DNA of 64,000 nt from an uncultured Bdellovibrio sp. (GCA_963932905.1 CAWVRN010000016.1:32412-96411), one strand, 5' to 3'; counted from the stretch's first letter, positions 1 to 10,781 are shown. The notes: generated by a model from the letters alone, not told the origin. Numbers and translations are program-made.

Positions 1-1
1 A

Positions 2-574
2 ACCGATGATATTAGCACTTGTCGACGCTTGGGCGTCTAGATCTACTTTTGTGTTCAATTCAAAGCCGATTAAATTATCGTAATTATAAGAAGCCGAAGC
101 TCCATAGATAAGGTTTGTCGACTTATCATGCTTATCCATGGCCATAATGCCACCTAATAGGCCAACTTGAATTTGGTTCCATTTATTAACTGGGTAATTT
201 ACGAATGCAAATCGACCATATACGTCTACCATATTCACGCTTTCACGGTATTCATAGCGACGAGGATTTCCATTTTCATCATAGGAATCATAAATATAAA
301 AATTTGAAGCATTCGCACGAATATTAGTGTAATGAGCACCAACAGACCAACGATCAGATAAAATTCTTTCGATACCAATACCCAAACCATTACCTGAACG
401 TTCCAAAGAACCCTCTGAGGTTCCCATGCTTGATGTTCCAGCCAAAATTTTCCAATTCACTTGTTGAATCGGCTGAAATTCCTGTCGGTCCATACTAATA
501 ACAATTTGTTGAGGTGTTTGAGCCATTGCTGACATACCAACTAATAGTGCTGCGATAACATAGAATCCTTTCAC
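2..574 (-). CDS. Secreted/outer-membrane beta-barrel-like protein, 3' end runs off the window
   Basis: Not in ORF track. GTG at 574 after AGGAGG; translates MKGFYVIAALLVGMSAMAQ... (signal peptide) followed by alternating aromatic/Gly beta-strand patterns; open to window edge. Confidence 0.6.
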   Translation of the reverse strand, partial: MKGFYVIAALLVGMSAMAQTPQQIVISMDRQEFQPIQQVNWKILAGTSSMGTSEGSLERSGNGLGIGIERILSDRWSVGAHYTNIRANASNFYIYDSYDENGNPRRYEYRESVNMVDVYGRFAFVNYPVNKWNQIQVGLLGGIMAMDKHDKSTNLIYGASASYNYDNLIGFELNTKVDLDAQASTSANIIG

Positions 575-801
575 GAGTCCTCCTGATAATTTTTTAAAAT
601 TACATTCCAATTCCCTACCTAAGTCTATTCAAAAAAAATTCCCGACGATTTCTGCCTTACCGCGTGCAGAATCAATCACTACTAGAGTAGTTTTGCCCCG
701 ATTTGTCTAAATCATTGATTCGTCGAAAGTCGAGAACTGGGTCGAGTGTGTTTCTTTTCCATGCAATGCCATTTAATATTAAGATATCGAGGTAAAATCT
801 T

Positions 802-1755
802 ATGAAATATTTAGTAATTTTTATGGCGGTTTTAAGCCAATCTGTAAGTGCATTAGCGGCGTGTGGTGAAGTAGTTACTGGCATGATGCAAGGTGAAAAA
901 ACTGTCGCGGTTCAACTGTCTTCGGGCAAATCTAAAAGATACGTTATCGATGATGATGGATATTTAGTTATTTCTCTTGCGGTGGCTCATTGTCGAAGTA
1001 AGCATCCTCAGGCCGTTCCCAAATTAACAGACGAACAATACAAGTGCATAAAAGCCAAATCAGATGCGGAACCCACGGATTCAAAATCAGCAAAGCTGAA
1101 CTTCTTTAGCTATGATCCTAGCGAGCATGGAAAAATAAACGATATCAATTCCTATAAAGAAAAATGCAATGTTAACTATCACTTCGTTTGGAGCCAAATT
1201 CTTCAAGAACGCGGCAATCAAAAATTTACGTGCGGTGCTGAAATTAAAGACGTCGTTAGAAAAGCTGTAGCGCAAAATGAAACCTACACTGCGGAGAAAA
1301 CATCGGAAGACGCCACAGATGCTTTAAGGGTGAACGAAGGTGGAAAAATCCGCTATCTTGGCGAATTAACCTACGATCGTAACTATGTCCAAAGACTAGA
1401 AAAAATCATCAACAATCCAAATGCTAAGGTAGCTGAATTCGACGCTTGGGTTGCTGAATTTGAAAATCCAGTTAGACGCCATGGATACAATGCAACAACA
1501 AGTGACGACCTAAGAAAAAGTCCCGGAAACTATTCGCATCTGGTAGACATCTTGCGTGAAGTGAATGCCGATTTCCCTTTTTCGCGGCCTGTTGCAAATG
1601 CCGATGGATCTTCTAAAAAATGTATGACTGGGTTTGATCAAAATTTGATTTCACGCTTAAGAGACGTGAATTGGGGTCAAGGTAAACAAGCAACACGCGC
1701 GGCAGCCGTCCCGGCAGTCGCACCAGAAGCTACAGACAAGGCAGCGACAAAATGA
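802..1755 (+). CDS. Hypothetical secreted protein
   Basis: 317-aa ORF, Sec signal (MKYLVIFMAVLSQSVSALA), several Cys. Confidence 0.75.
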   Translation: MKYLVIFMAVLSQSVSALAACGEVVTGMMQGEKTVAVQLSSGKSKRYVIDDDGYLVISLAVAHCRSKHPQAVPKLTDEQYKCIKAKSDAEPTDSKSAKLNFFSYDPSEHGKINDINSYKEKCNVNYHFVWSQILQERGNQKFTCGAEIKDVVRKAVAQNETYTAEKTSEDATDALRVNEGGKIRYLGELTYDRNYVQRLEKIINNPNAKVAEFDAWVAEFENPVRRHGYNATTSDDLRKSPGNYSHLVDILREVNADFPFSRPVANADGSSKKCMTGFDQNLISRLRDVNWGQGKQATRAAAVPAVAPEATDKAATK

Positions 1756-1991
1756 TTTCGATTATTTCCACTCTACTGATTTCACTTTTCAGTTTTGCAG
1801 GCAAACACATTACTTATACCGGCCAAGTTGTTAAGATTGAAAGCGGCGTCGTTACATTCAAAACCGATTCGGGCGAAACAACATTTAAAATCAAAGGTCT
1901 TTCTAAAGCCGATGCACAGCAGGTAGCTAAAGAAACTGGAACTAAAAAAACAATTACTTTAAATATTCCCATCGAAACGTTATCTAAATAA
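1752..1991 (+). CDS. Small hypothetical exported protein
   Basis: ATGA overlap with upstream gene; hydrophobic N-terminus. Confidence 0.6.
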   Translation: MISIISTLLISLFSFAGKHITYTGQVVKIESGVVTFKTDSGETTFKIKGLSKADAQQVAKETGTKKTITLNIPIETLSK

Positions 1992-2003
1992 AGGTAGCGT
2001 TTT

Positions 2004-2777
2004 CTATTTTAGCTTTTTCGCTACGATAGTTTGATGCCAGGTGGTTTTAGATGAAAACGAACCACCTTCTAACATCCCCCACACGTTTTCGATTCTAAAT
2101 CCAGCCTTTTTCAGTAAGCCTTTTAGTTCAGCGTGCGTGTATACATTTTGATCGAACAGCAAACGCTCTACCTTAGCTTTTGGTTTGCGCACGTCCACGA
2201 TGGTCCATTCAGCGAACGTTTTCTTTTTTTTGGGATCGAAATAAGCTTTATCAATCATAAAGACATTCTTGATAGGTTCACGTCCATTTGAAACCGGTTT
2301 AGCCATCGCTAACTTTACGCCATCCCCATTTAACGTATTAATCACAAGTCGACCACCTGGTTTTAAAACTCGATGGACTTCTTTAAGCATTTTTAAATCG
2401 TTACTGCGAACATGAAAATAACCGAAACTATTAAATAGAGACACCACCAAATCAAATTCGTTTGTGTCGAAATGAGGTTTTAAATTTTTCATATCGCCAT
2501 GAACGAAATCAATCGGCAGCTTTGCCTTTAAAGCCGCTTTTTGGGCATCCTTTAAAAAATTCTTTGTAAAATCCAATCCCGTAACCTGGTAGTTCTTTTT
2601 CGCGAATTGCAGGGAATGTCGACCAGTTCCACACGCCAAATCTAAAACCCGCGCTTTTTTAGGAATCGGAACCTGTTTTAGTATCTGTTGAACTTCTTTT
2701 TTGGCTTGGACCAAACGTGGTTGAAACATCACTTCGGCCGTAAGTGGAATAAAAAACCGCTGCCACCATTCTTTCAT
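2004..2777 (-). CDS. Class I SAM-dependent methyltransferase
   Basis: VLDLACGTGRH motif I, GDM, FDLV, LKPGG motifs. Confidence 0.9.
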   Translation of the reverse strand: MKEWWQRFFIPLTAEVMFQPRLVQAKKEVQQILKQVPIPKKARVLDLACGTGRHSLQFAKKNYQVTGLDFTKNFLKDAQKAALKAKLPIDFVHGDMKNLKPHFDTNEFDLVVSLFNSFGYFHVRSNDLKMLKEVHRVLKPGGRLVINTLNGDGVKLAMAKPVSNGREPIKNVFMIDKAYFDPKKKKTFAEWTIVDVRKPKAKVERLLFDQNVYTHAELKGLLKKAGFRIENVWGMLEGGSFSSKTTWHQTIVAKKLK

Positions 2778-2975
2778 ACATCATCCTTATCGAAACTTAG
2801 TGTACCGAAAACGCAAGTCCACTCAAGAGTAATGGGGTAATAAGCCACACACGCAAACGCATATCCCAAATATGCGACTCAACCACGGCAAAATCATGTC
2901 GGCGGCGAAATTGCATTTTTAAAAACTTGAGTTACACCTAAAACTAACAATAGAAAAGAAAGAACGAGATTACTA

Positions 2976-3605
2976 GTGAATTCAACACCACATCCCTATT
3001 ATTACATGTGCCGTGTTTGTTCGAATGCTATGCTTGTGCCCGCCAACCATCAGGATGATATTCAGTGCGACCGTTGCGGAGAGCTGAACTACTGGCATCA
3101 ACCCCGATCAGCGGCAGCAACACTTGCCTATTCGTTAACTGCGCTTATCTTTTTTGTACCCTCAAATATCTATCCATTTATGACGGTAGAACTTTATGGA
3201 AATCGCAATTCATCCACTATATGGGGCGGAATTATGTCGTTAGTGGACGATGGCTCATGGCCCATCGCTTTGATTGTTTTTCTAGCTAGCTTAGTGATAC
3301 CGATTCTAAAACTATTAGCCCTTTTCTATTTGGCACTGACTGCGGAAAATGGCTCGCATCCTAAATTTAAAACTCGACTCTATCATATCATCGAAGCCAT
3401 CGGCCGCTGGTCCATGTTAGATATTTTTTTGTTAGCGGTACTAGTAGCCATTGTCAAATTAGGTCGATGGACAACAGTGGAACCAGAACCTGGATCTTAC
3501 ATGTTTGCGATGGTCGTGATTTTTACAATGCTGGCATCAGCTTCTTTTGATCCTCAACTTCTATGGGAAAACACAAATGGCAAAAACGACTCAACAAAAA
3601 ATTAA
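2976..3605 (+). CDS. pqiA: Paraquat-inducible protein A family membrane protein (single PqiA domain)
   Basis: CxxC...CxxC N-terminus, PSNIYPFM, GRWSMLDIF motifs. Confidence 0.85.
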   Translation: MNSTPHPYYYMCRVCSNAMLVPANHQDDIQCDRCGELNYWHQPRSAAATLAYSLTALIFFVPSNIYPFMTVELYGNRNSSTIWGGIMSLVDDGSWPIALIVFLASLVIPILKLLALFYLALTAENGSHPKFKTRLYHIIEAIGRWSMLDIFLLAVLVAIVKLGRWTTVEPEPGSYMFAMVVIFTMLASASFDPQLLWENTNGKNDSTKN

Positions 3606-4431
3606 ATCTTTCCGTGCAAACTGGGCCATTTGGTTATTTCCTGTTATTGCCTTCATCATTTGCGGCTATCTATTTTACGATTCAGTAAAAAAGCGTGGGC
3701 CAACAATAAAAATTCTTTTTACCGATGCGTCTGGTTTGCAATCAGAAAAAACTCAAGTTCGTTTTCGTGGTGTCAGTATAGGGTATGTAAAAAGCGTTGT
3801 AATTTCCGAGGACACCAAAGATGTGATAGCCACAGTTCATTTACAAAAAGAAGCAGAGCAATTCGCCAAAGCCGGAACAAAATTCTGGATCGTAAGTCCC
3901 AAGGTCACCTTCAGTGGAATCTCGGGTTTGGAAACACTAATTGAAGGAACATACATCGGTGCACTTCCCGGCGCATTCGATTCAGACGAACAAACTGTAT
4001 TTAGTGCGTCTGTTAATTCTGAATCTAACGATAGTAATGAAAATACGACGCCTTACTTCCTGGAAGCTCCCAATGCAGAATCTATTGGCGCCGGTGATAG
4101 TGTGACGTTTCGCGGTTTAACTGTTGGCAACGTAACCAAAGTTTCACTTAACAAAACAGCACAGCTCGCTGTTATCCAATTGAACATTCAAAACAAATAT
4201 TCAAAGCTAGTTCGTTCTAATTCTGTATTTTGGCGTAAAGTCGGCATTCAAGCCGATTTAGGATTATTCGGATCAAAGGTAAAAATAAATTCTTTGGAAT
4301 CCGTGATGAAAGGCGGAATAGAATTCTTTACTCCTGATCAAGTCGGTGAACGCGCTAAATGGGGAAGTCGATTTACGCTGGAAGCGGCAGCACCTAAAGG
4401 ATCTGAAAAGTGGAACCCCGCAATTAATTAA
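3577..4431 (+). CDS. pqiB: PqiB/MCE-domain protein (two MCE domains)
   Basis: N-terminal TM; VRFRGVSIGYV, FWIVSPKV..SGISGLETL, second VTFRGLTVGNV; follows pqiA; start placed at ATG 3577. Confidence 0.8.
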   Translation: MAKTTQQKIKSFRANWAIWLFPVIAFIICGYLFYDSVKKRGPTIKILFTDASGLQSEKTQVRFRGVSIGYVKSVVISEDTKDVIATVHLQKEAEQFAKAGTKFWIVSPKVTFSGISGLETLIEGTYIGALPGAFDSDEQTVFSASVNSESNDSNENTTPYFLEAPNAESIGAGDSVTFRGLTVGNVTKVSLNKTAQLAVIQLNIQNKYSKLVRSNSVFWRKVGIQADLGLFGSKVKINSLESVMKGGIEFFTPDQVGERAKWGSRFTLEAAAPKGSEKWNPAIN

Positions 4432-4433
4432 AT

Positions 4434-5150
4434 TTACCTGCTGGGTTTTAGAAAACAATTCTGTGCCGGTTCTTCTTTTGGATTAATTCGCTTTAGAAGA
4501 ATGCTTTCGCCATCAAAAGATAGGATGTCGTTTTTCAAAGAATCTTTTGATTTCACCTGACAACCAGATGAAAAATCATACCAAGCGTCTTTTAGTAATT
4601 CACCGGTTTCAGCACGGAAAATTTTTAATTTTATTTGCTTAGGCTTAATTTGACCAACGTGAAACCAAGCCCCCTTTTCGCACCCACCAGCCCAAAACGA
4701 ATCTTTAGGAATTTTCACTGGCATTGCAGGCAGAGAACAATCTAAAGCTTGAACCTCACTACACGCCATTAAATACTTGGCACCGTCTTCTGAAACAACT
4801 TCATCGCTCGCTAGATCGCCACTACCGTCAACATCAGAAATAGCAACGTATTTGATCATTTTGTTTTCTTTGTCGGGCCGAAGTTTATATAAAAACCCGC
4901 CGGATGTATGAGAGCGGGTTCCTTTGAGAGCAATATCTTTGAAACTTTTTTTACCGAGTACAATTGATCTTGCTGTTGCGGTCACAGTGACGTCATCCAT
5001 AGAATCGCGGGGCTTTCCATCTGAATTTACCACAACTAGGTCATCGATATCTGCCGAGTGATGCCCTTGAGGACTACATGAAAGCGTAACTTGCCACGCT
5101 TGGGCGGAACCGAAAGTAAATAATACTGCCACTAAAAGTAGGTGCTTCAT
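4434..5150 (-). CDS. Hypothetical secreted protein
   Basis: Signal peptide ...GSAQA; Cys pairs. Confidence 0.7.
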   Translation of the reverse strand: MKHLLLVAVLFTFGSAQAWQVTLSCSPQGHHSADIDDLVVVNSDGKPRDSMDDVTVTATARSIVLGKKSFKDIALKGTRSHTSGGFLYKLRPDKENKMIKYVAISDVDGSGDLASDEVVSEDGAKYLMACSEVQALDCSLPAMPVKIPKDSFWAGGCEKGAWFHVGQIKPKQIKLKIFRAETGELLKDAWYDFSSGCQVKSKDSLKNDILSFDGESILLKRINPKEEPAQNCFLKPSR

Positions 5151-5252
5151 GGTTATTTCCCCTTATGAAATAATTTAGCACCGAAAACAGCTTTGAAGCC
5201 ACCGAAAACATTCCTAAATACTTAATATTACGATACTATTTTTAGCATTGCG

Positions 5253-5283
5253 TCAATTAAGGATATTTGTTATCCTTAATTGA
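5253..5283. promoter_or_regulatory. Probable Rrf2 operator
   Basis: Perfect 13-bp inverted repeat TCAATTAAGGATA-N5-TATCCTTAATTGA just upstream of the ahpD-like/rrf2 operon. Confidence 0.7.
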
Positions 5284-5298
5284 AATGAAGGAGTTTTT

Positions 5299-5775
5299 AT
5301 GAGCCAACGACTTAACTACGCACAACAATCACCAGATCTTGCGAAAAAGCTTTTTGAACTAAGCCAAGCCTCTAAGGGATCACTTGGGCACACGCTGATC
5401 GATCTAATCAATATTCGAGCATCCCTAATGAATGGCTGCGCGTTTTGTTTAGATATGCATGTCAAAGAAGCGAAAATACATGGCGAGCGTGAACTGCGCG
5501 TTCATCACATTGCCATTTGGCGTGAATCAACACTGTTTTCAGCAAGAGAACGCGCAGCTCTTGAATGGACTGAAGCCGTGACAAAGCTTTCTGATCACGG
5601 TATCCCAGACGAAACATTTACACGCGTGCGTGAGCATCTTTCGGAAAAAGAACTTTCTGATATTACGTTTGCTGTTGGCATTATAAATATGTGGAATCGA
5701 CTTTCCGTTAGCTTTGCTTCTGTGCCTGGATCGCTGGACACAATGTACGGTTTAACAAAGGCTGGATTAAATTAA
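5299..5775 (+). CDS. Carboxymuconolactone decarboxylase/AhpD-like protein
   Basis: RASLMNGCAFCLDMH motif, RERAALEWTEAVT. Confidence 0.9.
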   Translation: MSQRLNYAQQSPDLAKKLFELSQASKGSLGHTLIDLINIRASLMNGCAFCLDMHVKEAKIHGERELRVHHIAIWRESTLFSARERAALEWTEAVTKLSDHGIPDETFTRVREHLSEKELSDITFAVGIINMWNRLSVSFASVPGSLDTMYGLTKAGLN

Positions 5776-6260
5776 TGGTTTTAAAAAATCAAGTTGAGTG
5801 GGCTTTACATTGCTGTTCAGTTTTAGCGGGATTACCTGACGATGTTTTTTTGGCAACAAAAGACTTGGCTGAATTCCATGGTGTTCCTAAAGAATACTTA
5901 TCAAAAGCAATGCAAAGCTTGTCTCAAGCTGGTTTAGTTGAAACAACACTGGGGCCGCGCGGAGGCTATCGCTTAGCGCGCTCGCCTTCAGAAATTACGT
6001 TTCTTGATATTGTGGAAGCAGTCGAAGGTCGACGTACCACATTTCAATGCCAAGAAATTAGAAAGAACAATCCTTGCCGGCCGGCAAAACAAAAAGATAG
6101 TTCAATCTGTGCCGTTGCACGTATCATGTATGGTGCCGACGAAGCTTGGCGCAAACACCTGAAGAGCGTTCGCCTAGCAGATTTGCTGCAGACTCTAGGT
6201 CAAGAAATCCCAAGCGAAATTTTGCAAAAAAGTTCAGAATGGTTAGCCACTAGAAAGTAA
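5775..6260 (+). CDS. Rrf2 family transcriptional regulator
   Basis: GPRGGYRLAR..EITFLDIVEAVEG; three C-terminal Cys. Confidence 0.9.
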   Translation: MVLKNQVEWALHCCSVLAGLPDDVFLATKDLAEFHGVPKEYLSKAMQSLSQAGLVETTLGPRGGYRLARSPSEITFLDIVEAVEGRRTTFQCQEIRKNNPCRPAKQKDSSICAVARIMYGADEAWRKHLKSVRLADLLQTLGQEIPSEILQKSSEWLATRK

Positions 6261-6520
6261 CCTAGATTCGATTTACCAATAGCGATATTCAGATTTCTTT
6301 AAATTTCTTATTGGAACATTCCGATTGGGGCAAATTCAATCATTTAGTTTTTATCACTGTGGCATAAATCAACGTTTTGCCTTTGACCTAGCATTCATCG
6401 GCGGCCAAGAACTTGCATGACTGTTTTGTTATGATGGAATTAGATGTAACGATAACGAAGCACCTAAAAAATGATTCTGATTCAGGAACTCGTGCCATGT
6501 TAAGATCAGGCACAGGATTT

Positions 6521-6820
6521 ATGATTTCCTTAAGCGACACCATTCGAGAATTACAGCGTATGGGTTACACCGAAAATCTAGGATGCGCGAATGATCATTT
6601 ATGCGCACGTTCAGGTAAAATTAAACTTTATCCTAAGGATATCACGATCGATCGAATGGTTAGATTCGAAAATTCGTCTGATCCAGATGATCAAGCCATT
6701 TTATATGCAGCTCGATGCGACTCTAAAGACTTGTTAGGGTTGTACGTCGATTCCTATGGTTTGTATCACGATGACCTTACACCAGAACTATTAAAATCTT
6801 TTAAAGATTGCCCTTACTGA
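6521..6820 (+). CDS. Small conserved hypothetical protein
   Basis: LQRMGYTENL...RFENSSDPDDQAILYA...GLYVDSYG pattern; start moved to ATG 6521 after AGGA. Confidence 0.65.
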   Translation: MISLSDTIRELQRMGYTENLGCANDHLCARSGKIKLYPKDITIDRMVRFENSSDPDDQAILYAARCDSKDLLGLYVDSYGLYHDDLTPELLKSFKDCPY

Positions 6821-7135
6821 TAGAGAATTGAATCCGCTCTGTCTTTAAGGGTTTTTTATTTTAGATTCCTACAATCAACGAAGCTGTGTAACCCGATGTT
6901 GTATTGCCAGAAATACTGACTAGCTGAGTGGGATAGCCATCGCTAAAAACATTATCCGTGGCATAACTAATTTTCGCTAAATTAGCTTTACTGCTGCTGT
7001 GTGTGGAAGCACTGTGGAACTTTCTCGTATTATTATGAGCCGATGTCGTTTAAACAGCTGTAGACGGCATTTCCGGGTCCTAATTAAGCCAAAATGATTT
7101 GACAGAATACTGGCGGCCATCGCAGCTTAATATTC

Positions 7136-7606
7136 ATGAAAACTATTTTACTTACTTTATTCGTAGTTATTTCTTTGGCCCATTCTTCGCCTCAAAAATA
7201 CGGCCGTTTCTATATTTCGGGCCAACCTACTGAAGAAGAACTGACCTCGTTTAAAAAAAATACCGGCGCGGTTGTTATGGATCTAAGATCTATAGATGAA
7301 CTAGGAAATTGTAGTGAACCTGCTACTGTTTCAAAATTAGGTATGCAGTATGGACGCGTACTATTTGAAAAATCAGCGACCATTGATCCGGAAGTGATCA
7401 AGCAAATTGATCAGCAAGTGGCCGATGCCAAAGACAAACCAGTATTTTTATTTTGCAAATCTGGAAATCGTGCGTCCGCTTGGTTGGCTATTCATTTAGT
7501 TAAAAAAGAAAATAAGTCTATTGACGAAGCCGTTTCCATTGCTAAAACGACGGGTTTAAAATCAGATATGGAAAAAGCTGTTCGCGAATATTTACAGAAA
7601 AACTAG
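7136..7606 (+). CDS. Exported Cx5R phosphatase/sulfurtransferase-like protein (DUF442-like)
   Basis: SGQPT, PVFLFCKSGNRAS active-site loop; signal peptide. Confidence 0.8.
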   Translation: MKTILLTLFVVISLAHSSPQKYGRFYISGQPTEEELTSFKKNTGAVVMDLRSIDELGNCSEPATVSKLGMQYGRVLFEKSATIDPEVIKQIDQQVADAKDKPVFLFCKSGNRASAWLAIHLVKKENKSIDEAVSIAKTTGLKSDMEKAVREYLQKN

Positions 7607-7607
7607 A

Positions 7608-7994
7608 CTATCGTTTGCGACCCGTAATTAAGATTTCCATCTGTTCAACTTTATAACCTTTAAGATTTTTTGTATCGATGCTGAGCATTTTAGGATCGAC
7701 GTCCATTATTTTTTTTGATTCAACATCGTATAAATGAAAATGCGTACTTAAATTTGAATCGTAGATAGTTTTACCAGCCGCGCCAGAGTAAAAAGATTTT
7801 AACAAACCAGCCGCTACAAATTCATTCAAGATATTGTAAACCGTGGCCCTAGACATTTTTTGTTTACCGCTAGAAGCCCACTCGCACAAGTCATCTGCGG
7901 TGAAGTGGCAGTGTTCCTTTAAAACTTTTTGTCCTATTTTTAAGCGGTGATTTGTTGGGCGCAAACCACGGTCTGCAAGTAATTTTTCAATCAT
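7608..7994 (-). CDS. Fur family regulator (Irr/PerR-like)
   Basis: GLRPTNHR, HFTADDL, MSRATVYNIL, YDSN..HFHL. Confidence 0.85.
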   Translation of the reverse strand: MIEKLLADRGLRPTNHRLKIGQKVLKEHCHFTADDLCEWASSGKQKMSRATVYNILNEFVAAGLLKSFYSGAAGKTIYDSNLSTHFHLYDVESKKIMDVDPKMLSIDTKNLKGYKVEQMEILITGRKR

Positions 7995-8036
7995 TATGAA
8001 GTGAGTCTAGCACAACCAGGTCTGGGAAAAAAGAAG

Positions 8037-8074
8037 TTTTTAGACTCAGTCTAATTTTAGATTGAGTCTAAAAA
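8037..8074. promoter_or_regulatory. Tandem Fur-family (7-1-7) operator boxes
   Basis: TTAGACT-C-AGTCTAA and TTAGATT-G-AGTCTAA, together a near-perfect 18-bp inverted repeat between the divergent fur-like and peroxidase genes. Confidence 0.7.
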
Positions 8075-8114
8075 TCTTTTCATCTAGCATTCATGTATAA
8101 CAACAGGAGGCCGC

Positions 8115-9260
8115 GTGCTTAATATGTTTCGTCAGTCAAAAAGTCTTCGACTTTTACTGGTGGCGACCTTTGCTTATTCTTTGCAGCTAGTTGCTGCTGA
8201 TGGACCAGCGCCAGATAAGAATTTGCTAGGCTTACCACCCTTACCCATTCCCGCTAATAACCCTATCACAAAAGAAAAAGTTATCTTAGGTGAACGCCTA
8301 TATAACGACGTTCGCTTTAGTTCGACAGGAAAAGTTTCATGTGCCACTTGCCATGATTCTAAAAAAGGTTTCACAGATAACTTGCGCGTTTCAAAAGGTA
8401 TTAATAACTTATCAGGAACTCGCAATGCTCCTACCGTACTAAATTCAGCTTTTAATACGTCTCAGTTTTGGGATGGCCGTTCTCCATCTTTGGAAGATCA
8501 AGCTCAGCACCCGATGACTAATCCCGTTGAGATGGGTTTACCTAATCACGAACCCGTAATGAAAATCGTCCGCGAAGAGAAAAAGTATCAAGACCAATTC
8601 AAATCGGCTTTTGGTATCGAAGCGAAAGATATCCAGTTAAACCATGTTCTAATGGCGATCGCCACGTTTGAAAGAACTCAAATCGATGGCAATAGCAAAT
8701 TCGATCGATGGTACTACGGCGGCGAAGAAAAAATTCTATCGGCTCAAGAGAAAAATGGTTTTGCGGTATTCATCGGTAACGGTCGCTGCGTTTCTTGCCA
8801 TGCCGTTGAAAGTACATCGGCGTTGTTTACTGACAACAAATTTCACAACATCGGCGTTGGAATTAATAAACTATCGAAATCAGATCAAGAAGCCATCGGC
8901 CAAGAATTCTTGAAATCAGATTATTCAAACGAGGCCGTGGATGTAAAAGTACTTACAAATCCAAAAACATCAGAAGTGGGTCGCCTAGCTGTCAGCAAAA
9001 AATTGTATGACATGGGTAATTTCAAAACACCAACTTTACGCAATATCAGTTTAACAGCTCCATACATGCATGACGGCAGTTTAAAAACTTTGGATGAAGT
9101 TGTTGAACACTATAACCGTGGTGGTGCCAGTTCCGATAAAGAAGTCGTAAATGATTTCATCAGCGGTGGTATTCGCCCATTAAATCTAACATCGACAGAG
9201 AAACGTGACCTTGTCGCGTTCTTAAAAACCCTAACTAGCGCCAGAAACGCAAAGAAGTAG
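8115..9260 (+). CDS. Diheme cytochrome c peroxidase/MauG family protein
   Basis: CATCH and CVSCH heme motifs, RNAPTVLN, QFWDGR, FKTPTLRN..TAPYMHDG. Confidence 0.9.
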   Translation: MLNMFRQSKSLRLLLVATFAYSLQLVAADGPAPDKNLLGLPPLPIPANNPITKEKVILGERLYNDVRFSSTGKVSCATCHDSKKGFTDNLRVSKGINNLSGTRNAPTVLNSAFNTSQFWDGRSPSLEDQAQHPMTNPVEMGLPNHEPVMKIVREEKKYQDQFKSAFGIEAKDIQLNHVLMAIATFERTQIDGNSKFDRWYYGGEEKILSAQEKNGFAVFIGNGRCVSCHAVESTSALFTDNKFHNIGVGINKLSKSDQEAIGQEFLKSDYSNEAVDVKVLTNPKTSEVGRLAVSKKLYDMGNFKTPTLRNISLTAPYMHDGSLKTLDEVVEHYNRGGASSDKEVVNDFISGGIRPLNLTSTEKRDLVAFLKTLTSARNAKK

Positions 9261-9269
9261 GAGAATACA

Positions 9270-10343
9270 ATGAGTAAAGTTTCTCGCAGAGATTTCAACA
9301 AATCGGCATTAGCCGCGGGCGCATTGGCTACTTTGCCAATCAGCTTGATCAAGTTTGCTTATGCTGAAGAAGAAAAAGACAAAAGTTTTACTTTTGCCTA
9401 TATTTCGGATTCACACATTCAACACATCAAAGGTAAAGAATTCGTACGCAACTGGGACATGGGTCTTAAACGTGCGGTAGCTGAATGTAATATGTTAGTC
9501 CCAAAACCTGATTTCGTAATTTTCGGTGGTGACTTGGCTCAGCTAGGTACTAAGCCAGAACTAGATCATGGAGCTGAACTACTTTCAGCTTTGAAATACA
9601 AAACTTATCACGTCATGGGTGAACACGATTACTATTTAGATCTTGGCCAGTACTGGGAAAAATTATTTGGTCCGCAATGGTATAGCTTTGACCACAAAGG
9701 TGTTCATTTCATGGTGTTAAATTCAATTTTAACTACTGATGAATGGACTAAAAAATGGCCGACTGATGTACAGCGTATGGCGGAAATGGCTGGTTTAGAT
9801 AATCCAAATGGCTCCCCGTTCATGGTTGGTGAAAAACAGCGTGAATGGATGAAAAAAGATCTAGAGAAAGTGAAAAAAGATACACCCATCGTAGTTCTTT
9901 CGCATTCGCCTCTACAAAAGATCTTTAAAAATTGGAATTTCTGGACGGACGACGCCGAACAAGTACAAGATTTATTGAAGCCTTTCAAAAAAGTAAACGT
10001 ACTGTACGGTCACGTTCACCAAATTCAATACAATAAAATCGGTAACATCGCGTTCAATTCAGTGATGGCAACTGCTTGGCCATGGCCGTACCCGGCTTCT
10101 TACACGCAAGCGGAAAGTCATCTACCTGTATTGACTGTACCGATGAATCGCGCCGATCCTTTCTTTGAAAGGGACGCAACGGGATGGCAGTTCGTTAATA
10201 TGAACTCGGGCCGCGTAACTGCGAAGTACTTGCTTCCAGAAAATGAATCGCGCGCAGTGGCTTATAACGAAAAAACAAATCAGCCGGAAGATGTCAGTCA
10301 TCAACCAGATGATAAACGTACTCCACCACAAACTCACTACTAG
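9270..10343 (+). CDS. Tat-exported calcineurin-like metallophosphoesterase
   Basis: SRRDFNK twin-Arg signal; DSH, GGD, GEHD, SH, GHVH motifs. Confidence 0.88.
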   Translation: MSKVSRRDFNKSALAAGALATLPISLIKFAYAEEEKDKSFTFAYISDSHIQHIKGKEFVRNWDMGLKRAVAECNMLVPKPDFVIFGGDLAQLGTKPELDHGAELLSALKYKTYHVMGEHDYYLDLGQYWEKLFGPQWYSFDHKGVHFMVLNSILTTDEWTKKWPTDVQRMAEMAGLDNPNGSPFMVGEKQREWMKKDLEKVKKDTPIVVLSHSPLQKIFKNWNFWTDDAEQVQDLLKPFKKVNVLYGHVHQIQYNKIGNIAFNSVMATAWPWPYPASYTQAESHLPVLTVPMNRADPFFERDATGWQFVNMNSGRVTAKYLLPENESRAVAYNEKTNQPEDVSHQPDDKRTPPQTHY

Positions 10344-10349
10344 GAGCTA

Positions 10350-10754
10350 ATGATGAAAACTATTTTACTAGTAACAATGATGATTTTTACTGGCGCTGTT
10401 AGCTCGGCAGATTCATTCACAAAAGCTGACCTTGAACGTTGGCAGGGTGAATTCGATGCTACCGCTAAATACGGCCGCGATCTTTGGACCAACAGTGCTA
10501 AGGTAAAACTAGGCACTAACGGAGTCGCATGTGCGCAATGTCACCCAAACGGCGCAAACACACATCCGGAAACTTATCCTAAATTCCAAAAGCAATTGGG
10601 TAAAGTTGCCACGGTATGGGAAATGATGAACTGGTGTATTCGTAATCCACTGCAAGGTAAAAACTTAGCAGCTGATTCGAAAGAGATGATTGCGATGCAA
10701 GCCTACATTATGAAAGAACGTAAGGGTGTTAAAATCGAACCAGGCAAACATTAA
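10350..10754 (+). CDS. Monoheme c-type cytochrome
   Basis: Signal peptide; CAQCH; distal NWC Cys. Confidence 0.85.
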   Translation: MMKTILLVTMMIFTGAVSSADSFTKADLERWQGEFDATAKYGRDLWTNSAKVKLGTNGVACAQCHPNGANTHPETYPKFQKQLGKVATVWEMMNWCIRNPLQGKNLAADSKEMIAMQAYIMKERKGVKIEPGKH

Positions 10755-10781
10755 TACTGATTTGATTATCAACAAATTTTT

